Source: a virus (Duplodnaviria > Caudoviricetes). From it: a DNA stretch of 25,144 nucleotides. Positions within the stretch are counted from its first letter, which is position 1, and each line of letters opens with the position of its first letter. This document shows, piece by piece, positions 14,468-24,271 of the stretch. The stretch is from positions 1 through 25,144 of IMG/VR virus record IMGVR_UViG_3300022923_000094; one strand, written 5' to 3'. Under the pieces are notes generated by a model. It saw only the letters and a program-made list of their open reading frames with translations, was not told where the DNA came from and searched no databases. Made by a program: the position numbers and the translations under genes.

Positions 14468-17400
14468 TTTGCGCGGCGGTTCAGGATCTCTTGGTTAGCA
14501 GCTTGAGACGCTGGGTCACTACCCAATAGACTTGGGGCCACGGTCCGAGCACGTTCAACCAACCCCTGTGTAATCCCCCGCCCTGTATCAACTACCGCGT
14601 CCGTTGCACGACCGATAAAGGTTTCGCTAGGCTGTGGTTCGGGGACCGTGGGTTGTGGCTGTGAAGGCATTTGCAATAGATCATCGAAAAGCCCACCAGA
14701 AGCAGGTGCAGTAGGAACAGGTTGCTGCTCCCCTACAATTGGAGCGTTTCTAAATGCTTTCGCTGCGTCAAGTATTTCAGTGCGAGGTAGTTTCTTTAAG
14801 ATTCGGCTCTCACGTTTAACGTTAACTTCGTTGCTAACTTCCCTAATTAAACTTCGACTGACCTTAATTGGAGAGTATCGGTTGTTCATAATCTGCGTTA
14901 GTTCTTTTTGCGACACGCCAGTATTTTTAAACGCTTGATAGATTTGACCAATGGTCATTCCTGCGGCTTTGGCTTTCTCAATCTTGTCCCGTAGTTCCGC
15001 TTGGTGACGACGACGCGCTTCGTTTGCTTTGATGTACGCATTGACGATGTCCTCCGCAGTAGCGTCATTGTCATCGGCAACCTTTGTAAAGATCTGCACT
15101 GCACTTGAACGGTTGGCAGAATACTCTCCGCCAGCATAGCCAAGGCTTCGATCTACCTTGAGCTTCATGGGACGCACACCAATCATCATGGTCCCTGCTT
15201 CTTCGGCTATTGTATAGGGGTCGCCTTCTCTAGATGGCATGTCTGTGGCTGCGCGTGTGGCACGACCAGGAACAAACTGTCCGCCTTTGACTGTGGTAAA
15301 CTGGTCTATAATACCTGGCATAAATGCGCCTGCTACATGGACCAAGGACTTCGAAAGTTTATCCCCCCACATTTCACCTGGCTCATAGATTTCTGCGCCC
15401 GTCTGGGTTTTACCATCCCGCATAGTGACGTCAAACACCCGCTCCGCTGCCAGTGCTTCTGACGCAAACGGTTCGGCAAACTTCTTAAACCCTTCCCAAG
15501 ATGCAGCAAAGATCTGTTCTGCTTCGTTGGCTCCAACCTCACCCTTCTCTCCGTACACTTGTAGTGCCGCACGGGCAGGGGCCAGCATAAACTCATAGGG
15601 CAACATGTAGGACAGGTCAGCGTATTCAGCCTCGCCGTCCTTGAGCTTGCTTAAATACATAAGCGTGTTGCCTTTGGTCCAGTACGGACTGTTCTCTTCC
15701 AGCAACTGCTCCTCTTCTGGCGTTACTTCAAGAACGCTATGGGCAGCGTCACGCATTGCAATCGGCGCTACACCAGCCATAGAGATGTAGCCTGTCAAAC
15801 GCTGCGCCCCGATCCCACGGATCTGACGCGCAAGAGCACGAGCCTGCTGCTCACCAAGAGCTTGGACCAGTTCTGGGGTAGCTTTGAACCCCATCTCCTT
15901 GACAGCGCGGTTTACGATGTTGCCAGAAGTACGAATAATCTCCGCAGGAAACGCCATAAAGTTACCAACGACAGGGACCCGACGAATAGCTTTGATAGCT
16001 TCGGGAACCATGGAGTATGTAGGCATGGTTTGCTTTACAAGATCAATGGCAAGCATGTCACCGAAATCAGTGTCGGCAATCGAACGTGTTCTCTGCACAA
16101 GACCCGCGTCCATCAGAGCTTGCTGCACCTGTGGTGACACATTGTCGATATCAATGCCGCCCTTGCGAAGAGCCGCACCATACCGAGCCTTCTCGCCCAA
16201 CGCACCTACGACCTTCCAGTAGTCGTCGCCAAGCTGGTAGGTTTTCTGCATGAAGCGAACTGGCGCACCAGCTTTTGACTCAACAACAAAGTTGCCGAGC
16301 TTGTTTAATCTAGAAGAAACGCCAAGTTCTGTTTGCTCTTGCAGAAGTCTACGCATCTCGTTGATCTGAATGTTCTGACCAATCGCACCCTCGTTTGCCA
16401 TGGCTCGAAGTAACTTGAACTGCTCGGGACTATCGACAGCGTTTGCCAAGAGCACATCTGCACTTTCAAACAAACCCATGTTTCTGCCAAGCAAACCATT
16501 GGCTCCTACAACAAACGTGTTGGACAGAAAGTTCCGAACCTGTGACAGTGGGTTGAGCACCGTCTTCGACATCTGCGACAGACCCTTGAGTTGCAAGGAT
16601 ACAGCAAGAGCTTCTTGGACCGAGGAGCTTGAGCGCAGAGGCGTGGTCATAGCGTTATATACTTCAGCGGGAACATAGTCCCCACTCAAAGCACCAAAGG
16701 ACCCGCCAAAAGCATTGTCTTGAGCTTTGACAGCATCCCCAGCTTTGACATAACCTAACCCTGTGAGGCTTGCCACTGCGTCATCAGGCACAGTGCTACC
16801 ATCGATGGTGGGACGGTATGTTCCAGAGGCCAGCCTTGGAGCCGCCGCTTGATAGTCTACTTTACCTAAACTTCTTTGTACTTCAGAATATAGTTTCTGA
16901 GCGGCAAGAGTGTTTGATAAATTGTTGATCGTGTAAAGATATGCGTCCTTGGGATTGTCAACAACACCCATCATCTCTTGCAAGAGAGGGGCCTCATCAA
17001 GGATCGAGGACCTGTCTTTCAGCATCCCACTAGACAGGTTAAATAGTTTGCCACGCGTGGCATTCTCCACGGCCTTCTTGCCTCTTGCGTATTCTTCTCT
17101 CAAAGCTCTTGGCGCATCTGAAGAAAACTGTCCTAACGTAACGCCAGCATTTTCAAACTGTTGATCTATAAACAATTCGGCTGCGGCTCTAGGGTCATCT
17201 ACAAGGAGCTCTACCTGTGGGTCATCAGGACGAATGGTGCCGTTATCAATACCGTTCTGGATCCGCATGTTTCTGTTGCGCATTGCCTGTTCGGTTTGCG
17301 CCAACGCAGCATCGTATTGGGGTAAGTCTCTAACAACCACGCCTTTAAACTTGTCAGGGTTTAGTTGGATCTCATACACCCGACGTAGATACGTTGCTTG

Positions 17401-18651
17401 GTTCTGATCAAACAGTCCTACAATTCGATCAATCTCTTCTCTTGGCAGGTTAGATTCTTCGACAGATTGCCGAAAGGCGTTGCTCAAATCTGTGATCTGA
17501 TCCCGCATTCTATCCGCAGCCTTGGTAACTTTAGAACCATACGCCGAACGGAAATCCGCAGGAGACATTTCTCCTGTCAGATAATCAAATGTGTCGTTGT
17601 ATGTGCGCTGTATTCGTTCTCGACCTGAACGGAACAAACCTCTGACGCCCTGAAACTTAATTAGGTTCTGAACAGCCTTGTCATAGTCTCGTATAATATC
17701 ACTGGCAATTTTTTCTTGACCCTCGGTCATGCCCTCCGCTGTCCGCAACGCAGTCATGACTTCGTTATTAGCAAGGCCATCTGGCGTTAAATATTTTTTA
17801 GTAACACGTCCAATGACAGGAGCTTCAAGGATCTTGTTGCCCATGTAGTCAAACGCATTAGACAGCCCCCGAGCCATGGCTGGCACACCTGGAACCTGAC
17901 CAATACCTTTGATAGTCGCACCCACCACTGGGAGTGCAACCTCTGCACCAAGGTTAAACCCAGCGCCCTCAAGACCAAGACGCAGCTTGTTGCGCAGACG
18001 GACACCTGTGAGTTCTTTGCCTGTCAAGCCTTTTTCGTCTTCCGTCCGCATAAACTCGGGCATTGCATCCCAACTATCAGCAAGCGTAGTCATCGAGCTA
18101 GGTGACACCAATACGTCGGCAACTCCTGTGCCTACCGTGGTCAGAGCAGCGCGACCTACGCGTGTGCCCGTCAGCGCTTTGGGTGCTTTCTCCCCAAACT
18201 TAACAGCGGACTTACCGAACCAAGTCTTTGCTTTGGGTAGTGGGGCTCCAGCCTGTAGAGCTTTCCGTGCTTTGTCTGCTTTAGATACCCAGCTAAATAC
18301 ACCAAGGCCAGGTGTAGCATAGTTTGTTATAACCTCTGCGACTTTACCCGCAGTGCGCTCTGGTCGTAACCCTGTCGCATCCTTGAAGTTTTCAAAGGCT
18401 TGTGTGACTGCCTCTTGACTGCCCTCGTCTACGATGTTGGTAGCTTCTAACCCAGCCGCACCAAGTTCTGAGATCCCCTGTGCGATGTTAACTAAACCAG
18501 CGGGTACACCTCGACCGATAGAACCAACAACCGTTTGATCTGATTCTTCTTCAGCTTCTTCCACTAAAAGATCATCGAACAACCCACCACTGGGGGCGGA
18601 GGGCGGTGGAGCATTGTTTTCTTGCAATAAGTCGTCGAACAACCCTGCCAT
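14461..18651 (-). CDS. Large internal virion/ejection protein (1396 aa)
   Basis: Very long, predicted helical ORF at the distal end of the structural operon; position typical of podoviral ejectosome proteins; no enzymatic motif recognised. Confidence 0.6.
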   Translation of the reverse strand: MAGLFDDLLQENNAPPPSAPSGGLFDDLLVEEAEEESDQTVVGSIGRGVPAGLVNIAQGISELGAAGLEATNIVDEGSQEAVTQAFENFKDATGLRPERTAGKVAEVITNYATPGLGVFSWVSKADKARKALQAGAPLPKAKTWFGKSAVKFGEKAPKALTGTRVGRAALTTVGTGVADVLVSPSSMTTLADSWDAMPEFMRTEDEKGLTGKELTGVRLRNKLRLGLEGAGFNLGAEVALPVVGATIKGIGQVPGVPAMARGLSNAFDYMGNKILEAPVIGRVTKKYLTPDGLANNEVMTALRTAEGMTEGQEKIASDIIRDYDKAVQNLIKFQGVRGLFRSGRERIQRTYNDTFDYLTGEMSPADFRSAYGSKVTKAADRMRDQITDLSNAFRQSVEESNLPREEIDRIVGLFDQNQATYLRRVYEIQLNPDKFKGVVVRDLPQYDAALAQTEQAMRNRNMRIQNGIDNGTIRPDDPQVELLVDDPRAAAELFIDQQFENAGVTLGQFSSDAPRALREEYARGKKAVENATRGKLFNLSSGMLKDRSSILDEAPLLQEMMGVVDNPKDAYLYTINNLSNTLAAQKLYSEVQRSLGKVDYQAAAPRLASGTYRPTIDGSTVPDDAVASLTGLGYVKAGDAVKAQDNAFGGSFGALSGDYVPAEVYNAMTTPLRSSSSVQEALAVSLQLKGLSQMSKTVLNPLSQVRNFLSNTFVVGANGLLGRNMGLFESADVLLANAVDSPEQFKLLRAMANEGAIGQNIQINEMRRLLQEQTELGVSSRLNKLGNFVVESKAGAPVRFMQKTYQLGDDYWKVVGALGEKARYGAALRKGGIDIDNVSPQVQQALMDAGLVQRTRSIADTDFGDMLAIDLVKQTMPTYSMVPEAIKAIRRVPVVGNFMAFPAEIIRTSGNIVNRAVKEMGFKATPELVQALGEQQARALARQIRGIGAQRLTGYISMAGVAPIAMRDAAHSVLEVTPEEEQLLEENSPYWTKGNTLMYLSKLKDGEAEYADLSYMLPYEFMLAPARAALQVYGEKGEVGANEAEQIFAASWEGFKKFAEPFASEALAAERVFDVTMRDGKTQTGAEIYEPGEMWGDKLSKSLVHVAGAFMPGIIDQFTTVKGGQFVPGRATRAATDMPSREGDPYTIAEEAGTMMIGVRPMKLKVDRSLGYAGGEYSANRSSAVQIFTKVADDNDATAEDIVNAYIKANEARRRHQAELRDKIEKAKAAGMTIGQIYQAFKNTGVSQKELTQIMNNRYSPIKVSRSLIREVSNEVNVKRESRILKKLPRTEILDAAKAFRNAPIVGEQQPVPTAPASGGLFDDLLQMPSQPQPTVPEPQPSETFIGRATDAVVDTGRGITQGLVERARTVAPSLLGSDPASQAANQEILNRRANQ

Positions 18652-18652
18652 A

Positions 18653-21136
18653 CTACTCTAGCCCTTTTGTGTCGTAACCTTCATTTCTAAGTCGTGTTAG
18701 CATAACGCTTTTTAGCTCTGGTCTGGTGGCAAGAATACTGTTGTATTGAGCTATAGCTTCTTCTTGACTAAGTTTAGGTTTCTCGGGAATGTCTCCTGTG
18801 ACAACGCTATCAAGATATGTGTTTAGTCTATTCGGATCGATTTGACCGTCGTCGCCTAAAAGACCTGGATAAGCGTAGGGATCTCGAAGAATAACTTCTT
18901 TAAGACGACTTCTTTCTCGTTCCGTTGTGTATTTATCTGTGCCAGAGCCGCGCACTCTTGCAAGAGCAAGATCCCTTTTAAACTTGGCAGCGTCGTCTTC
19001 CATCTTAAATGCCCGTTCAATCGCCATTGTTTTGACGGCGTCTTCACGTTTCTGTTTAGTGGCACGATCTTCTTTCATCATCTTCGTACCAGCCAGCATA
19101 CCGTTGGCGATGTTCTGTAATGCGCTAGGGCTTTCTCCTGCGGCAATGGCAAACCCAATCATTGCCATGTTGTGCCACATTTCTTTCTCGGCGTCTTTGT
19201 CATCCATGCCTAGCATTTCGCTAAACAATCTTTCATACGCTTTGACAGAATCTTTAGAGGACATACTTACGTCTTTGCCAGCGATACCAGAAAACAACGT
19301 GTCAGATAACTCACTGGCTTTTTGTTCAGGTGTTTTGTCTGGGTCGTTTGCAATAGGCTCGAACTTTTCCAAAGGCGCTACATTATCTGGTTGAGCTTTT
19401 GGGCGAGGAATTTCGTCCTCTGTCGTAGTTGCCTCTTCAACGACCGTTGTTTCTTCAGTGCCATCGGTTGTTGTTTCTTCAACAGTCGTAACTCTTGCTG
19501 AGTCTTCCGCAGCCTCCCGTCTTTGTTCAGGTGTTAGCTCTTGTTCGGTTACAACCGCCGACTCTGTGTCTACAGCAGGAGGTGTTTCGCCATCGCGTAA
19601 ACTTTCAATCTTTGCTTCCCGCGCAGCCTCGGCGTCTTTCTGTTCTTTATCCCGAGCATCTCGTAATGCTTGAGTGTATTCCTGTGTTTGTTTATACTCT
19701 TTGAGTTTTTCAGCCGCCTGATACGGATCAAGGCCTGCACCCACATACTCTTGGTATTTACGTGCAAGTAAACCACCCACGTCGCCAACAAAGTCAATAG
19801 CGGCTGTACCCGCGCCAGAGATGCCTTCTACTACATCAATACCCGCCTCTTTCCCCGTTAATACGGCTAGGATTACATCTTTTCGTTGTTGTAGGCTGTC
19901 CGCTAATATTTGATCGTTATTATCTAAAGCGTTTGGTATAGCTTTGTTTATTTCTGCAAGTTCTGCTTCAAGTCTTGTTGTGTCTGTAAGTGCGGAAGAT
20001 GCCCCTTTAACGAGGTCTACAGTCCCGCCGATAATGTCCCCCGCAACAGCCCCCCCGTAGTCTATTACATCCGAGAATTGTCCCTCGGGCAATGAAAGAG
20101 GAGTCGTCTGTGGGTCAAAACTGTCCGCACGTTCGTCAGCCAAAAGCAGCCTTTGCACTTCTTGCTGACCAAGGTTCAAGGTGCTCGGATCAGCAAACCG
20201 AACGTCCTCTGGTCGTTGATCAACAGGAACAACAGGTTGCTCAAGGACACTGACATCGTTTGGAAACACATCAGGCTTGGCTTCACCCACACCAATGTTC
20301 CCTACAAACTTAGCCTCTTCCATCGCTACCTGTTCAGGAGTCATTACTATTTCATCAGAGGACACGCCTTGTGAAGACAACGGTAAGTTAGGATCAAACA
20401 CGTCTTCAACAACTTGACCCTGATTGGCTCTTGCTTGCATCACGCGCTCGGCGTTAGCAACAATGGCCCGTGGATCAAGGCTATTGATGTATTCCTGCAA
20501 AGTCTTGTTACTGCGCTCCGCCATTAACTGCGTTACGTTATCGGTTGCAAGGATTGCTTTCTGCGCGGCTAATGGATCTGCCTCAACAGACGCAGCAGTA
20601 GCTGCGGTTTGCGCTTCGTTTGTTGGAACAAAACCCCTGTCTGTTTGTGTTGGAACAGCTTCGTTTGTTTCAGGAGTACCAGCCAGTCTCCGCCTGTTTG
20701 CCATCGCCTCTTCTTGCGTCATCGTGGGTTCAGAAAAGAAAGTGTTTCTTTCCAGTTGAGATCGAGAAGGGGAACGACCATATGGATTTACAATCTCTGA
20801 AGCGATATCCCTTAAAATATCTCTTCCGAAAACTTGCTCCGCTTGCGCCATGTGTCTAAACAAGAACGACGAGGGATCTAACTCGTTGTTAAGATACGCT
20901 TCAACTAAGTTTCCTCCACCCCGAGGTCCTATCTTATCACTATACGTTCTATTCATTTCAAGGATTTGACTTACAAACTTTGAAATGTCGTCAGGGTTTG
21001 CAGTAACTTCGCCGCCAGGTGCAAACTTCTGCACCTCGTTCATAAGCTCCCCCGAGGAAGCCATGATGCCACCCATTTCGCTTAAACGTTTCCGTGCGTC
21101 CCGATTTGCAAAGAGCTTTCTGTTTTCGACTTTCAT
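18653..21136 (-). CDS. Probable internal virion protein (827 aa)
   Basis: Acidic, partly low-complexity; N-terminal NRKLF..GGIM and C-terminal MIGFAIAAGESPSALQNIANG segments; operon position. Confidence 0.55.
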   Translation of the reverse strand: MKVENRKLFANRDARKRLSEMGGIMASSGELMNEVQKFAPGGEVTANPDDISKFVSQILEMNRTYSDKIGPRGGGNLVEAYLNNELDPSSFLFRHMAQAEQVFGRDILRDIASEIVNPYGRSPSRSQLERNTFFSEPTMTQEEAMANRRRLAGTPETNEAVPTQTDRGFVPTNEAQTAATAASVEADPLAAQKAILATDNVTQLMAERSNKTLQEYINSLDPRAIVANAERVMQARANQGQVVEDVFDPNLPLSSQGVSSDEIVMTPEQVAMEEAKFVGNIGVGEAKPDVFPNDVSVLEQPVVPVDQRPEDVRFADPSTLNLGQQEVQRLLLADERADSFDPQTTPLSLPEGQFSDVIDYGGAVAGDIIGGTVDLVKGASSALTDTTRLEAELAEINKAIPNALDNNDQILADSLQQRKDVILAVLTGKEAGIDVVEGISGAGTAAIDFVGDVGGLLARKYQEYVGAGLDPYQAAEKLKEYKQTQEYTQALRDARDKEQKDAEAAREAKIESLRDGETPPAVDTESAVVTEQELTPEQRREAAEDSARVTTVEETTTDGTEETTVVEEATTTEDEIPRPKAQPDNVAPLEKFEPIANDPDKTPEQKASELSDTLFSGIAGKDVSMSSKDSVKAYERLFSEMLGMDDKDAEKEMWHNMAMIGFAIAAGESPSALQNIANGMLAGTKMMKEDRATKQKREDAVKTMAIERAFKMEDDAAKFKRDLALARVRGSGTDKYTTERERSRLKEVILRDPYAYPGLLGDDGQIDPNRLNTYLDSVVTGDIPEKPKLSQEEAIAQYNSILATRPELKSVMLTRLRNEGYDTKGLE

Positions 21137-21145
21137 AATAACTCC

Positions 21146-22945
21146 TTACCGTGTTGCGCGGTACATTCCATACAAGCCGCCAGCCAGACCGCCAAGTTGC
21201 GAAATAGTGCTTGGGGCTGGAGTAGTAGTCTGCGAGTACGTTGACTGACCAATAGGCATACCTTGGAAAATGTCTGAGTAGAAACCCAACTCCTGCATTG
21301 GACGTTGGTACTGAGCCATCTGGTTTGCGTAAGACGCATCCAGTTCTGCCTGACGTTGCTGCTGCTCTTGTGCGCCGACGGACAGAAGTGTGTTGACGTC
21401 GTTGAGGTTGAGGCCCTGTTGCGCCTCTCCAAGCTGCGCTTGCTGCATACCCAAGGACCCCAGTCCCTGACCCACGCCTGCAATACCTTGGCCCAACTGT
21501 CCGTACTGACCTGCAATCGCGCCCATCTGCCCTGCGCTTGCCAATCCCATTTGACCAAACTGCTGACCCATCTGACCAACCTGTGCGCCGAGACCCGCTG
21601 CTTGACCAGCCGCTTGCCTTGAGGCTTGTGCCCCTGCCAATCCCATTTGTCCTGCGGACTGTGCACCCTGCATGCCCATCTGCGCACCTTGCATCTGAGC
21701 TTGACCCGCTGCCTGTGCGCCTTGCATACCTTGTTGTATACCTGCCAGTCCAAGCTGTGTAGCTTGACCCGCTATGTTGGCTCCTGCTTGCGTACCTTGT
21801 TGTGCCGCTTGACCCGCTGCTTGTGCTGCCTGCATACCCGCCTGAGTTGCTTGTAATCCTGTTGCTGCGCCAGCTTGACCAAGCTGACCAGTAAGTCCCG
21901 CTGCCTGTTGCTGACGGCCTTTGGCAGACTCATACGCTGCTTGCGCTCGTTGCGCTGCGCTTTCATATCCCGCCTGACGGAGTCCCGCCGCTGTCTTGGC
22001 CTGCTGCTCTATAACGTTACGCCCAATTTCGGCTGCTTGTACACCCTGACGCGCTCCACCAAATGCACCCGCACCTACCGCAGTTGCATCCATCTGGTTT
22101 CTTTGTATCGCACCAGCCCGTGCTACGTCCTGCATAGCCGCATCAATAACAGACTGCTCATACGGGTTCATGTAATCCTGTATCGCAGACGGATCGAACT
22201 CAGCCGCTGAACCCCGCAACCCTGCAATGCCAGCCTGTGCCGCAGTCAAACCATACTGACCAATCTCATCCGCCGCACTACCAGCCTGTAAAATGTTTCT
22301 CGCTGTGGTTTGACCTTGCTGCTCCATGCGTGTGCCATACTCTGGCAACGCTCGTAGTGCAGTCAGACCAACCTCTTCCGCTTTACGACCACTGCTTAAA
22401 ATATTGCCTGCGGTTTCTTCTCCTGTTCGAGCACCCGCTGTTGCTGCATCAGTTATGCCACGTACCGCACCCGCTGCGGCAAGCTCCCCACGAGCACCCG
22501 CTGCCTGTACATCTGGAATTGCTGCTTGCATCTGCTGAACAGCATAGTCACGATATGGAACCGCGCCTGTATACGCATCGGTAACCATAGTCTGTGCAGC
22601 CGCCAGTGGATTGTACCCTTCCTGCATAGTCTGCAATGCAGTACCAAGGCCCGTGACCCCCGCACCAACGGTTCCCGCACCCGCTTGTAGCATAGGTAAA
22701 TAGGAACCAACGCCAGAAGCAGCGAGTTGCCCCGCTTGCGTTTGCAGTGGGGTACGCCCAGCAACTTGTAGTTGGGCAGGTGTAAGAGCGGCAAGTTGAG
22801 CGTCAGTTAGTTGTCCAGAACGCGCCTCGTATTGGCGCATAGCTTCGTCGAGAATCCCTGTATAGTTGGGATCCGCCGTAGCCATGTAGTTTTTCATCCA
22901 CTCTGGGATATCCTGTACGGCGATTTGTGTGTTTGTTTCTGTCAT
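21146..22945 (-). CDS. Gln/Ala/Gly-rich DNA transfer (pilot/ejection) protein
   Basis: YMNPYEQSVID, AGAFGGARQGV motifs, QAG-rich repeats, C-terminal SQLGGLAGGLYG. Confidence 0.65.
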   Translation of the reverse strand: MTETNTQIAVQDIPEWMKNYMATADPNYTGILDEAMRQYEARSGQLTDAQLAALTPAQLQVAGRTPLQTQAGQLAASGVGSYLPMLQAGAGTVGAGVTGLGTALQTMQEGYNPLAAAQTMVTDAYTGAVPYRDYAVQQMQAAIPDVQAAGARGELAAAGAVRGITDAATAGARTGEETAGNILSSGRKAEEVGLTALRALPEYGTRMEQQGQTTARNILQAGSAADEIGQYGLTAAQAGIAGLRGSAAEFDPSAIQDYMNPYEQSVIDAAMQDVARAGAIQRNQMDATAVGAGAFGGARQGVQAAEIGRNVIEQQAKTAAGLRQAGYESAAQRAQAAYESAKGRQQQAAGLTGQLGQAGAATGLQATQAGMQAAQAAGQAAQQGTQAGANIAGQATQLGLAGIQQGMQGAQAAGQAQMQGAQMGMQGAQSAGQMGLAGAQASRQAAGQAAGLGAQVGQMGQQFGQMGLASAGQMGAIAGQYGQLGQGIAGVGQGLGSLGMQQAQLGEAQQGLNLNDVNTLLSVGAQEQQQRQAELDASYANQMAQYQRPMQELGFYSDIFQGMPIGQSTYSQTTTPAPSTISQLGGLAGGLYGMYRATR

Positions 22946-23751
22946 TATGCCCTCTCAAACTCGCGCATCATCGCGTACATTTTAGCTGCGCCCTTTTCTC
23001 TATCTCCGTTACCCGCCCCTTTTACAGCGCGTTCAGTCATAACGAACTCGCCATCAGATAATGCTGCCTCTTGTACAGGTTGTCCGTCTTGATAAATCTG
23101 CGCAGGTATAGAATCACTGCGCCCTGTTCCTGGCCCTTCGATATAGCCACCCATGGCATATCCCACGGACCGAGGAGGAAGACCCTCTGGATATTCAAAC
23201 CCGTGTTTCTGCCTAAACATTTCTTCGTATTCGTCTCGTGCTTCTGGTGTGCTGAACCTACGACCCGTATACCGATCTACATATAACTCTTTGAAATCGC
23301 CTTTTGGTTTGGTTAACTCTTCTACTGCACCAAGGGCCGTGAGCCCCCCGTAGAGCATCAAGGGGTTGCCACCAAGAACCTGACTCATGATTCCTTTTCC
23401 AGCAGCGTTTTGAGCACCCTGTGTTGCAAGGTTAGTTGCGACTTCTTTTGTCAACTGTGCACCAACAGCTTGCTGTATAGGGGCACCAGCAGCACCAACA
23501 GATGCACCAAGTGGATTGATGCCTGCGGAACCCAACAGCGATGTAATACCTGAACCAAAGCCAGAAGTTTGAATAGCTGGACCAAAGAACTTGGCTCCTA
23601 CTCCAGCAATTAACGCGTCTTTGATGGCGTCCTTTGGTTTCTTTTTGTCAATAATTAAGCCGCCCAAGCCAGAGCCGATTGCGGAGGCTATCGCTCCACC
23701 ACCTGGAATAAGTAATCCAGCTAAACCACCAAGTATAGAACCAAGGCTCAT
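22945..23751 (-). CDS. Virion-associated protein with GPGTGRSDSIPA domain
   Basis: Gly-rich hydrophobic N-terminus; GGYIEGPGTGRSDSIPA...LSDGEFV...AV motif common in phage virion proteins. Confidence 0.65.
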   Translation of the reverse strand: MSLGSILGGLAGLLIPGGGAIASAIGSGLGGLIIDKKKPKDAIKDALIAGVGAKFFGPAIQTSGFGSGITSLLGSAGINPLGASVGAAGAPIQQAVGAQLTKEVATNLATQGAQNAAGKGIMSQVLGGNPLMLYGGLTALGAVEELTKPKGDFKELYVDRYTGRRFSTPEARDEYEEMFRQKHGFEYPEGLPPRSVGYAMGGYIEGPGTGRSDSIPAQIYQDGQPVQEAALSDGEFVMTERAVKGAGNGDREKGAAKMYAMMREFERA

Positions 23752-23978
23752 CAGGCTTCCCCTCTAATAGCTTCAGGCGCAGTCACAGTAATTGTGGTGC
23801 TACGTTTTTCTGCGCCTGTCCAAGACTGTCCGCAATCTGGACAGTTCCCATCGGGGTAGCTTGCGACTTCTTCTGGCGTGTCAACTGCGTTGTCACAGTT
23901 TACACAATGCACTGTATCAGAACTTGACGAAGGTTTCCAGCGTGACCCGTCGGGCATAGTTATAATTGTATCGGTCAT
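23751..23978 (-). CDS. Small zinc-ribbon protein
   Basis: CVNC...CPDC; coupled to both neighbours. Confidence 0.65.
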   Translation of the reverse strand: MTDTIITMPDGSRWKPSSSSDTVHCVNCDNAVDTPEEVASYPDGNCPDCGQSWTGAEKRSTTITVTAPEAIRGEA

Positions 23979-24271
23979 GGTGTACTCACTGTTACTGATC
24001 CAACAGCGCCCGTAGCCTGAGATCCACGAACGTATGGAGAATGCGCTAATGGCACTCTAACATATCCATCATGGTTAAAGATAGCCCCTGGCTCTAAACC
24101 GCTGTCGTCGGTTTGTAAATTGGTGAATACGGCAAAAGTGTTTCGTCCTTCACCTGGGTTTTGCATCTGCTCCAGATAAACAGAAAAAGATCGAACCACT
24201 TCTGCAATGTATTGCTGGTTGTAGTCTGGAGGCGCAACTGGAAAGAAAGGAAGATTTAGGTTTCGAGACAT
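23975..24271 (-). CDS. Hypothetical structural-module protein (98 aa)
   Basis: FPVAPPDYNQQY pattern; coupled to both neighbours. Confidence 0.65.
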   Translation of the reverse strand: MSRNLNLPFFPVAPPDYNQQYIAEVVRSFSVYLEQMQNPGEGRNTFAVFTNLQTDDSGLEPGAIFNHDGYVRVPLAHSPYVRGSQATGAVGSVTVSTP

